Positions 17,364-24,978 of a stretch of 25,329 nt of DNA are shown here, piece after piece. Each line of letters starts with the position of its first letter. The stretch's first letter is position 1. The translations under genes and the position numbers were made by a program. The DNA lies in the NCBI GenBank assembly GCA_045535685.1, contig JAZSMB010000159.1, positions 1-25,329 on the forward strand, given 5' to 3'. Source of the DNA: Candidatus Scatosoma sp. GTDB lineage: Bacteria > Bacillota > Clostridia > Christensenellales > Borkfalkiaceae. Below the pieces are notes generated by a model that saw only the letters and a program-made list of their open reading frames with translations, was not told the origin of the DNA and searched no databases.

Positions 17364-17396
17364 ACGAAGCAAAACAAAGAAAAAGAAGAAATAATT

Positions 17397-18704
17397 ATGC
17401 AGTACTTTCAAAAAGAAATCGAAACGATGAGTAAAGAAGACAAGCGCGCTTTGCAATCTCAGCGCCTTGTCAAAATCGTTAAATACGCATACGAACATCA
17501 ACCCCCGTACCGTAAAAAAATGGACGAAATGGGGGTAAAACCCGAAGATATCAAATCTATCGACGATATCTCGAAACTTCCCTTTACCGTTAAGCAAGAT
17601 TTGCGCGACGCGTACCCGTTTGGTATGATGGCGCGCCCCAAAAAAGATCTTGTGCGCTTACACGCGTCGAGTGCGACGACGGGCAAACTCACCGTTGCCG
17701 GCTATACGCAAAAAGACATCGATATGTGGGGAGAATGCGCGGCTCGTTCGCTGGTTATGGCAGGCGCAAGTGCAGAAAGCGTCGTGCACGTATCGTACGG
17801 CTACGGCTTGTTTACGGGCGGTTTGGGTATGCACTACGGCGCGGAAACGCTGGGCGCATGCGTCGTACCCGCATCGGCGGGCAATACGCAAAAGCAAATT
17901 CAACTGCTTTGCGATTTTGAGGCGGACGTTATTTGTTGCACGCCCTCGTATATCATCTATTTAGCGGAAGAAATCGAAAGAATGGGCTTAAAAATCGGCG
18001 AAGATATTCGTCTTAAAGGGGGCGTATTCGGTGCGGAAGCGTGGTCGGAAGGTATGCGCGAGGACATCGAAAAACGCTTAAATATTCGCGCTTGCGACAT
18101 TTACGGACTTTCAGAAATCGCCGGTCCGGGCGTTGCGTGCGATTGCGAGTTTAAAACGGGTATGCACTTCCAAGACGACCATTTCTACCCCGAAATCGTG
18201 GACGTGGATACGTTGGAGCCCGTGCCCTACGGTCAATCGGGCGAGCTGGTTATTACCACGCTCACCAAAGAAGGTATGCCGCTGATTCGTTATAGAACGC
18301 GCGATATTGCAAGTTTAAACGACGACCCTTGCCCTTGCGGAAGAACGAGCGTTAAACTCAACAAAATCACGGGCAGAAGCGACGATATGCTGATCATTCG
18401 CGGCGTAAACGTATTCCCCTCGCAAATCGAAAGCGTACTTTTGAAAAACGAAAGCGTAGAACCGCACTATCATATCAACGTGGATAGGGTAAACAATCTC
18501 GACGTAATGGAAATTATGGTGGAACTTTCGCCCAACGTTGCGCTGGACGAAGTGGCGCACGTGGAGGATATCCGCAAGCGCTTAACGGCGGATATGGCGT
18601 CGGCGTTGTCGGTCAGCGCGAAAATTACGCTGGTATCGCCCGGCACGATTGCGCGCAGCGAGGGTAAAGCAAAACGCATTACCGATAAACGCAAGCTCAA
18701 ATAA
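17397..18704 (+). CDS. paaK: Phenylacetate-CoA ligase (PaaK/PaaF family)
   Basis: LPFTVKQDLRDAYPFG, HASSATTGK (canonical SSGTTG), YGYGLFTGGLG, DIYGLSE, RYRTRDI, GRSDDMLIIRGVNVFPSQIE, KAKRITDKR. Confidence 0.92.
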   Translation: MQYFQKEIETMSKEDKRALQSQRLVKIVKYAYEHQPPYRKKMDEMGVKPEDIKSIDDISKLPFTVKQDLRDAYPFGMMARPKKDLVRLHASSATTGKLTVAGYTQKDIDMWGECAARSLVMAGASAESVVHVSYGYGLFTGGLGMHYGAETLGACVVPASAGNTQKQIQLLCDFEADVICCTPSYIIYLAEEIERMGLKIGEDIRLKGGVFGAEAWSEGMREDIEKRLNIRACDIYGLSEIAGPGVACDCEFKTGMHFQDDHFYPEIVDVDTLEPVPYGQSGELVITTLTKEGMPLIRYRTRDIASLNDDPCPCGRTSVKLNKITGRSDDMLIIRGVNVFPSQIESVLLKNESVEPHYHINVDRVNNLDVMEIMVELSPNVALDEVAHVEDIRKRLTADMASALSVSAKITLVSPGTIARSEGKAKRITDKRKLK

Positions 18705-18714
18705 GGAGAAAACT

Positions 18715-19116
18715 ATGATTAAACAAATTGCCGTATTTTTGGAAAATAGGGAAGGCAGAGTAAGCGAATGTTGCAAAGTACTCAAAGACGCGAACGTAAA
18801 TATGCGTTCTATGTCGATTGCCGACACCAAAGAATTTGGTATTTTGCGTATCATTACCGAAGATAACGATTGTGCGCTTGCCGCGCTGAAAAAGGCAGGG
18901 TTTTTATGCTCGTGCGTGGAGCTTGTCGCACTCGAAGTCCCCGATCAATCGGGCGCGCTTGCCGATTGTTTAATTCACTTATACGAAGGCGGCGTCAATA
19001 TCGAGTATATGTATTCGTTTGCAGGCTGCGACGGCCACGCGCAAATCGGTTTCAAAACTTCCACACCCGATAAAGCGGTGGAAATTTTGCAAAAAGAGGG
19101 CGTAAAGGTTATTTAA
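18715..19116 (+). CDS. Tandem ACT-domain protein (Bt0572-like)
   Basis: QIAVFLENREGR...SIADTKEFGILR and VPDQSGAL...NIEYMY. Start moved to ATG 18715 (SD AAGGAG). Confidence 0.88.
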   Translation: MIKQIAVFLENREGRVSECCKVLKDANVNMRSMSIADTKEFGILRIITEDNDCALAALKKAGFLCSCVELVALEVPDQSGALADCLIHLYEGGVNIEYMYSFAGCDGHAQIGFKTSTPDKAVEILQKEGVKVI

Positions 19117-19120
19117 TAGT

Positions 19121-19582
19121 ATGAAAAAAATAGCAAGTTTTACCGTCAACCACGATACTTTGGAAAAAGGAATGTATATCTCGCGCGTGGACGGCGATGT
19201 TATTACCTACGATATCCGTATGAAAAAGCCCAACGGCGGCGATTATTTATCCAACTCCGCCGCGCATACCATCGAGCATTTGCTTGCTACGTTTATGCGC
19301 AACAGCGCGTTTTTTGAGCAAGTACTCTACGTAGGTCCGATGGGTTGCAGAACGGGTTTTTACGTGTTGCTGCGCGATAGCGTAAGCAAAGCGGACGCGA
19401 TTGCGCTTATACAAAGCGGAATGGCGTTCGTGCGCGATTTTCAAGGCGAAATACCAGGATACAGCGCAAAAGAATGCGGTAACTATCTCGACCACGATTT
19501 ATCAGGTGCGAAAGAAGTGGCGGCGGATATGGTTCAAGTACTGAAAAACTATCAAGAAAACCAACTTTTTTATAAGGAGTAA
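19121..19582 (+). CDS. luxS: S-ribosylhomocysteine lyase
   Basis: IASFTVNH, YDIRMKKPN, HTIEH metal motif, GPMGCRTGFY, ECGNYLDH. Confidence 0.95.
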   Translation: MKKIASFTVNHDTLEKGMYISRVDGDVITYDIRMKKPNGGDYLSNSAAHTIEHLLATFMRNSAFFEQVLYVGPMGCRTGFYVLLRDSVSKADAIALIQSGMAFVRDFQGEIPGYSAKECGNYLDHDLSGAKEVAADMVQVLKNYQENQLFYKE

Positions 19583-19585
19583 ACG

Positions 19586-20104
19586 ATGAACGAAACTTTA
19601 AAAACCATGCTGTCGAGAAAAAGCGTTAAGGCGTATAAACCCGACCAAGTACCCAAAGAGCTGATTGACCAAATCGTGGCGGCAGGCTTACAAGCGCCGT
19701 CGGGCTTAAATAAGCAATCGCCCATCATTTTGGTGGTAACGGATACCCATGTACGCGACGAACTGTCCAAACTCAACGCAGGCAAAGACCCGTTTTTTAG
19801 AAAAGATCCGTTCTACGGCGCGCCTTGCGTGTTGGTTGTGTTAGCGGATAAAACCGTGCCCACGTACGTTTACGACGGCTCGCTCGTGATGGAAAATTTG
19901 ATGCTTGCCGCGCACGCGCTGGGGCTTGGCGCGTGTTGGATTCATCGCGCGAAAGAAACGTTTGAAACGGAAGAAGGCAAAGCCATTTTACGCCAGCTCG
20001 GTATCGAAGGCGAATACGAGGGCATCGGTAATTGTATCGTCGGCTACCCCGATATGCAGCCGCAAGAAAAACCCAGAAATGAAAACCGCGTGTTTTATAT
20101 ATAA
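19586..20104 (+). CDS. Nitroreductase family protein
   Basis: SRKSVKAYK, APSGLNKQ, FYGAP, ENLMLAAHALGLGACWI; SD AAGGAG. Confidence 0.9.
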   Translation: MNETLKTMLSRKSVKAYKPDQVPKELIDQIVAAGLQAPSGLNKQSPIILVVTDTHVRDELSKLNAGKDPFFRKDPFYGAPCVLVVLADKTVPTYVYDGSLVMENLMLAAHALGLGACWIHRAKETFETEEGKAILRQLGIEGEYEGIGNCIVGYPDMQPQEKPRNENRVFYI

Positions 20105-20123
20105 TATTTAGGAGAGTAAAATA

Positions 20124-20315
20124 ATGGAAAACAAAATTATTTGTAATTGTATGAAAGTATCCGAAGCGGACATCGAAAAAGCATTACACACCGAAAAAAC
20201 GTTTACCGACGTGGAAAAAGCGTTTGAAAAGGTGCAAATGATCACCCATTGTTCCACCGGTTGCGGCGGTTGTCACGATAAAGTACTCGACGTTATTTCG
20301 GGTATGATGTCTTAA
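20124..20315 (+). CDS. BFD-like [2Fe-2S]-binding protein
   Basis: ICNCMKV...THCSTGCGGC (CxC...CxxC); SD AGGAG. Confidence 0.82.
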   Translation: MENKIICNCMKVSEADIEKALHTEKTFTDVEKAFEKVQMITHCSTGCGGCHDKVLDVISGMMS

Positions 20316-20380
20316 TGATTTTCGCGTAAAATAAAGTGGTAAATTTTTACTTATTTTTTTAACTTTTTTCTCACAAACTA

Positions 20381-20409
20381 TTGACAAGTGCGAAAGTTTA
20401 TGATAATAT
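20381..20409 (+). promoter_or_regulatory. sigmaA promoter of the SOR operon
   Basis: TTGACA (20381-20386), 17-nt spacer, TAATAT (20404-20409), TG at 20401-20402. Confidence 0.7.
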
Positions 20410-20414
20410 ATAAA

Positions 20415-20429
20415 TAGGATTAAATCCTA
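20415..20429. promoter_or_regulatory. Perfect 7-1-7 palindrome over the predicted transcription start (candidate repressor operator)
   Basis: TAGGATT-A-AATCCTA. Confidence 0.6.
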
Positions 20430-20453
20430 ATAATAAAAAGGAAAGAAAAAAAT

Positions 20454-20807
20454 ATGTTAAAAGTATATCAATGTGAAAAATGTAAAAAGACGATTATTTC
20501 CAAAGAAGAATTAAAGCTTGAGGGCTGGGTAGAATTGATTCCCTCGTCCACCGACGCGTCGCAGGAAAAGCACGTGCCCATCGTGACGAAAAAATGCAAA
20601 CAAGTAAAAGTGGACGTAGGCAGCGTTGCGCATCCGATGAGTGAAGAACACTTAATTTTGTGGGTGGCAATCGAAACGGAAAAGGGGTATCAAGTAAAGC
20701 ATTTATCGGCAAACGACGTACCCGTGTCCGCGTTCAGTTTGGCAGACGGGGATAAATTCGTAGCGGCGTACGCGTATTGCAACCTGCACGGGCTTTGGAA
20801 ATCGTAA
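20454..20807 (+). CDS. Desulfoferrodoxin-family superoxide reductase with degenerate N-terminal domain
   Basis: EKHVP, HPMSEEH, CNLHGLW centre-II ligands; the N-terminus has CEKC but no CC pair. Confidence 0.9.
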   Translation: MLKVYQCEKCKKTIISKEELKLEGWVELIPSSTDASQEKHVPIVTKKCKQVKVDVGSVAHPMSEEHLILWVAIETEKGYQVKHLSANDVPVSAFSLADGDKFVAAYAYCNLHGLWKS

Positions 20808-20870
20808 GCAAAACAGCACCATCTTAAACGACGGCGGAAAACGCCGTCAAATACTTTTAGGAGCAAAGAT

Positions 20871-21485
20871 ATGATCGAGAAAGAAGCGATGTATACACTC
20901 ACTTACGGGCTTTATATGCTCACGAGCACGGACGGGGAAAAGCAAAACGGCTGTATCGTGAACACGGTGTCGATGATCACGGATAACCCCAAGCGCATCA
21001 CGGTATTTGTCAATAAAGCAAATTATACCGACGAGTTGATTCGTAAAACGGGCGTATTGAACGTATCCGTTTTAACGCAAAGCGTGCCGTTTGCCATCTT
21101 TGAAAAGTTTGGTTTTTGTTCTGGCAGAGATACCGACAAATTTGCTGGCGAAAACTATCCCAAAACGGAAAACGGCTTATATTATTTGCCCGAATATACC
21201 AACGCGGTACTGTCCGCGAAAGTGGTTGGCACGCACGATTACGGCACGCATACTTTGTTCGTTGCGGAAGTGACGGAAGCGAAAAAACTCTCTTTAGAGC
21301 CGTCCGTGACGTACGAATATTATCAGCATCATATCAAACCGCGTCCGCAAGCGAAAACGGAGGGCGGTAAGAGAAAATGGGTTTGTAAAATTTGCGGTTA
21401 TACGCACGAAGGGGACGAACTGCCCGCCGATTTCATCTGTCCTTGGTGCAAGCACCCTGCGGAAGATTTCGAACTCGTGGGATAA
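20871..21485 (+). CDS. Flavin reductase-like domain fused to rubredoxin domain (high-molecular-weight rubredoxin, Hrb-like)
   Basis: YGLYMLT...NGCIVNT...GTHTLFVAEV, then WVCKICGY...CPWCKH; SD AGGAG. Confidence 0.88.
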   Translation: MIEKEAMYTLTYGLYMLTSTDGEKQNGCIVNTVSMITDNPKRITVFVNKANYTDELIRKTGVLNVSVLTQSVPFAIFEKFGFCSGRDTDKFAGENYPKTENGLYYLPEYTNAVLSAKVVGTHDYGTHTLFVAEVTEAKKLSLEPSVTYEYYQHHIKPRPQAKTEGGKRKWVCKICGYTHEGDELPADFICPWCKHPAEDFELVG

Positions 21486-21579
21486 CGTTGGCTTTGACAA
21501 AATTCGTCAAACGCAGGGTAAATGCGTGGAAAAAACTGTAAAATTCCACTAAAAAGGTATGAAAAGCGCGAAAAAAGAC

Positions 21580-21608
21580 TTGACACGCTTTTGCAAAATT
21601 GATATAAT
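21580..21608 (+). promoter_or_regulatory. Consensus sigmaA promoter of rpsU
   Basis: TTGACA (21580-21585), 17-nt spacer, TATAAT (21603-21608), TG at 21600-21601. Confidence 0.88.
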
Positions 21609-21654
21609 TATCGAGTAAGTAATAAACGCATCGGCAAAGGTTGGTGAAAAGGAA

Positions 21655-21831
21655 ATGTCTACGGTAAAAGTTGGAGAAAACGAAAACGTTGAAAGCGCTC
21701 TTCGTCGTTTCAAAAGAAAATGCTCCCGCGACGGTATTATCGGCGATTTGAGAAAGAAGGAATTTTATGAAAAACCTTCCGTAAGAAGAAAGAAAAAATC
21801 CGAAGCGGCTCGTAAGAGAAGTAGAAACTAA
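21655..21831 (+). CDS. rpsU: 30S ribosomal protein S21
   Basis: Hand translation: [58 protein letters not shown] (58 aa). It is not listed in the ORF track. Confidence 0.96.
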   Translation: MSTVKVGENENVESALRRFKRKCSRDGIIGDLRKKEFYEKPSVRRKKKSEAARKRSRN

Positions 21832-21835
21832 AAAC

Positions 21836-21867
21836 AAAAAAGCTCACTAAGGCAGTGAGCTTTTTTT
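21836..21867 (+). terminator. Intrinsic (likely bidirectional) terminator after rpsU
   Basis: AAAAA-AGCTCACT-AAGGC-AGTGAGCT-TTTTTT. Confidence 0.85.
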
Positions 21868-21900
21868 GTTGCGAAAAATGTCGAAAAAAGGAAGAGAAGT

Positions 21901-22317
21901 ATGTGGAACGAACAAAAAAAGACTGAACGCACATTAAAAGACGAAGCAAAACGCGCCAAATCCCGTATGAAAAGCGGATTTTGGGCAGAATGTAAAAAAG
22001 ACGTGGACAAGCAGATGGAAAAAGCGCGCGCGGCAGGCGTCAACGAAAGCAAAGCAAGCCGTTATTTAACCGAGCAAATCAGCGCAAAAATTTCCGGTAT
22101 GCCTGAGGATGAATTTTATCTCAAAGTAAAAGAAATTCTACTCTCCGAAGGGGAAATCAGCGACGCGATCGGCAGGCTTACGGACCAAGAATATTATAAC
22201 GCGCTCTCGTACGAAGAAAAGCAGCGTTATAACCTGCGTTTAAGCGAACGATACTTGCGCGCGTTGGAACGGTTTCGCCGCGAGTACGTTTTCGAGTTGC
22301 CCCTTAAAAACGCGTAA
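21901..22317 (+). CDS. Hypothetical helical protein, 138 aa
   Basis: Fills the gap between rpsU and pcrA; codon usage like the neighbours; purine-rich upstream (AAGGAAGAG); no family recognised. Confidence 0.65.
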   Translation: MWNEQKKTERTLKDEAKRAKSRMKSGFWAECKKDVDKQMEKARAAGVNESKASRYLTEQISAKISGMPEDEFYLKVKEILLSEGEISDAIGRLTDQEYYNALSYEEKQRYNLRLSERYLRALERFRREYVFELPLKNA

Positions 22318-22345
22318 AAGGGATAAGAAAAAGTCGCCAACCCAC

Positions 22346-22374
22346 TTGCAAAACGCGCGGAAATATGGTATAAT
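22346..22374 (+). promoter_or_regulatory. sigmaA promoter of pcrA (leaderless or near-leaderless)
   Basis: TTGCAA (22346-22351), 17-nt spacer, TATAAT (22369-22374), TG at 22366-22367; ATG follows after only 9 nt. Confidence 0.78.
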
Positions 22375-22383
22375 ATACTCGTT

Positions 22384-24813
22384 ATGATATCGACGAATGA
22401 AATACTTGAAAAACTGAATGACGAACAGATTAAACCTGTGCTGGAAACGGAAGGCGCGGTGCTTGTTCTTGCGGGCGCGGGGAGTGGAAAAACGCGCGTT
22501 TTAACGTCGCGTATTGCGCACCTTGTCGAAGATAAACGCGTACCTGCCTCCGCCATTTTGGCAATTACGTTTACGAACAAGGCGGCAAACGAGATGAAAG
22601 AACGCCTTTCGCGTATCGTGGACGTTTCGCAAGCGTGGGTATGCACGATCCATAGTATGTGCGTGAAAATTTTGCGTATGTACGCGACCGAAGCAGGGCT
22701 GCAACAAAACTTTTCCATATACAGCGAAGTGGAACGCAACAACATCATCAAAAAATCGTTCCAAGAATGCGATTACGACGATGAAAAATTATTAAAATCG
22801 GTAAAATACCATATCGCGAATGCGAAAATGCTGGGGCTTGAACCGGAAGAATACGGCATCGAATACGCCGGCGATTACGACATTGAAGACGTTGTAAAAA
22901 TTTATACGCGCTATCAAAAACACTTGCGTGAAAACAACGCGTTGGATTTTGACGATTTACTCAACGAAACGAGAAAACTTTTAAAAAACGACGAAGACGC
23001 GCTGGGGTATTTGAGCGGTAAATTCCGCTACATTTTGGTGGACGAGTTCCAAGACACCAACGCCGTGCAATACGAAATTATTAAAATGCTTTCTTCTACG
23101 CACGGTAATTTGTTTGCAGTGGGCGACGACGACCAGTCTATTTACGGTTGGCGCGGCGCGAAGATAGAAAACATTTTACACTTTGAAAAAGACTTTAAAA
23201 ACGCGAAAGTATTTAAACTGGAACGCAACTACCGCTTCACGAAAAATATCTTAACGCTTGCCAACAGCGTCATCAAAAACAACCACGGCAGAAAAGACAA
23301 AACGCTGTGGACGGAAAACGACGAGGGCGAACAACCCACCGTGCACGAAGCGGACGAAGAAAGCGGCGAAGCACGGTATATCGCCTATGCGATTGCGCGC
23401 CTTGTCGAACGCGGCTACGATTACTGCGATTTTGCCGTTTTGATGCGGCTCAACGCACTCACCCGCTCGTTCGAACAAGAATTCACTTCGGACGGAATCC
23501 CGTATAAAGTGTTTGGCGGTTTCAAATTCTTCGAGCGCAAAGAAATCAAGGACATGCTGGCGTATTTGCGCTTAATTAATAACCCGTTCGACAGCGAAGC
23601 GGCTACGCGAATTATCAACTTCCCCAAGCGCGGAATCGGCGCGAAAACGGTGGAAACGCTGCAAAATTACGCATTCGAAAACGAGTTATCCGTTTACGAC
23701 GCCCTGCTCGATTTAGACGAAATGGGCTTTACGAGCGGTACGAAACAAAAGCTGACGGAGTTTAGAAACGCCGTCAAAACTTGGATTTTGGACAGCCAAG
23801 ATATGCCTGTGAACGAGCTTGTCAAAAAAGTTGTTGCCGATACGCGTATGCGCGAAGTGTACGCCGACGACTCGGACGAGAGTATCAATAAACGCGCGAA
23901 TATCGAAGAATTTATCAACTCGGTAGACGATTATTGCCGTTTGAATAAAGACGCAACGCTTACCGATTATCTCAACCAAGTAACTCTTTCCTCCGATACC
24001 GACGAAATGGACGATAGCAACTACGTCACGCTTGCGACCATTCACTCGGTAAAGGGGTTAGAATTTAAATGCGTGTTCGTGGTGGGAATGGAAGAAAATA
24101 TCCTGCCCGTATCGCGCGCGGTGTCGAATAACGACGACATGGAAGAAGAACGCCGCTTAACCTACGTAGCCATTACGCGTGCCAAAGAGCGTATTTATCT
24201 CACGCGCTCGAAAAGCAGATATTTGTACGGTAAACGCGAACAAACGGCGCGAAGCAGGTTCTTAAAAGAGCTTTCTTCCGTTATCGATTTACCCAAAGAA
24301 CAACGCTTGCGCCCGATGGGCTACGGCGATTACGACGATCCCGATATGTATTCAAATGCGGCGTACGGCGGGGGCAGGTATGCGACGAATAACGCTTACG
24401 GTAGCCAAAAGAGTGGTTATACCTACGGCTCGTACGGTAGCTACGGCGCAAATCGCGAGAGGGAAAACTCGTCCATTTCGCGCTCGGCGTGGAACGGCGC
24501 AAAAACGTACGGCTCTGCGTCAAGCAGTTCTTACGGCGGCGCGCAAAGCAGCGCGCATACGACCAATACCAGCAAGCAAGGCGGTTTTACCTACGGCGGC
24601 ATTTCGCGCGGCGTACAACCCAAAACGCCTGCTACGGCAAAAGACGTTAGCGCGTTTAAAATCGGTGTAAAGGTAAAACACCCGAAATTTGGCGTCGGTA
24701 CGATCGTGGGCGTTCGCGGAATGGGCGCAAACATGATCGTGGATATTGCGTTTGAAGGCGGTTTGGGGATTAAGCAGCTTTCCGCAAATTTAGCACCACT
24801 CACCATTATGTAA
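22384..24813 (+). CDS. pcrA: ATP-dependent DNA helicase PcrA/UvrD
   Basis: AGAGSGKT, ITFTNKAA, DEFQDTN, VGDDDQSIYGWRGA, KGLEF, EEERRLTYVAITRA, C-terminal VKHPKFGVG domain. Confidence 0.96.
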   Translation: MISTNEILEKLNDEQIKPVLETEGAVLVLAGAGSGKTRVLTSRIAHLVEDKRVPASAILAITFTNKAANEMKERLSRIVDVSQAWVCTIHSMCVKILRMYATEAGLQQNFSIYSEVERNNIIKKSFQECDYDDEKLLKSVKYHIANAKMLGLEPEEYGIEYAGDYDIEDVVKIYTRYQKHLRENNALDFDDLLNETRKLLKNDEDALGYLSGKFRYILVDEFQDTNAVQYEIIKMLSSTHGNLFAVGDDDQSIYGWRGAKIENILHFEKDFKNAKVFKLERNYRFTKNILTLANSVIKNNHGRKDKTLWTENDEGEQPTVHEADEESGEARYIAYAIARLVERGYDYCDFAVLMRLNALTRSFEQEFTSDGIPYKVFGGFKFFERKEIKDMLAYLRLINNPFDSEAATRIINFPKRGIGAKTVETLQNYAFENELSVYDALLDLDEMGFTSGTKQKLTEFRNAVKTWILDSQDMPVNELVKKVVADTRMREVYADDSDESINKRANIEEFINSVDDYCRLNKDATLTDYLNQVTLSSDTDEMDDSNYVTLATIHSVKGLEFKCVFVVGMEENILPVSRAVSNNDDMEEERRLTYVAITRAKERIYLTRSKSRYLYGKREQTARSRFLKELSSVIDLPKEQRLRPMGYGDYDDPDMYSNAAYGGGRYATNNAYGSQKSGYTYGSYGSYGANRERENSSISRSAWNGAKTYGSASSSSYGGAQSSAHTTNTSKQGGFTYGGISRGVQPKTPATAKDVSAFKIGVKVKHPKFGVGTIVGVRGMGANMIVDIAFEGGLGIKQLSANLAPLTIM

Positions 24814-24930
24814 ACGTTGAAATACGTCGTAATACTGCGTTGTTGCTCCGCGCGTTTTGGTCACGTACCCCAAGTACGCTCCCTGCACCGTGCTTGCAAC
24901 GCCTTGTCTTACTCGCATTTGAACGTTTAC
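24810..24930 (-). ncRNA. Clostridiales-1-like structured RNA / repeated element
   Basis: The reverse complement reads AAATGCGAGTAAGACAAGGCG...GAGCGTAC-TTGGG-GTACGTGA...CAACGCAGTATTACGACGTATTT, matching the Clostridiales-1 motif as I recall it. Nested pairings checked by hand; 14-bp near-perfect terminal inverted repeats. Confidence 0.68.
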
Positions 24931-24978
24931 GGCTCATACAATATTGCTCGAAAAACCACTACGGATAAAGGGAACACT

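Noticed and set aside
20830-20848. Hairpin GACGGCG-GAAAA-CGCCGTC between SOR and the Hrb-like gene as a terminator
   Set aside because: No T tract follows; more likely an mRNA-stabilising stem inside the operon.
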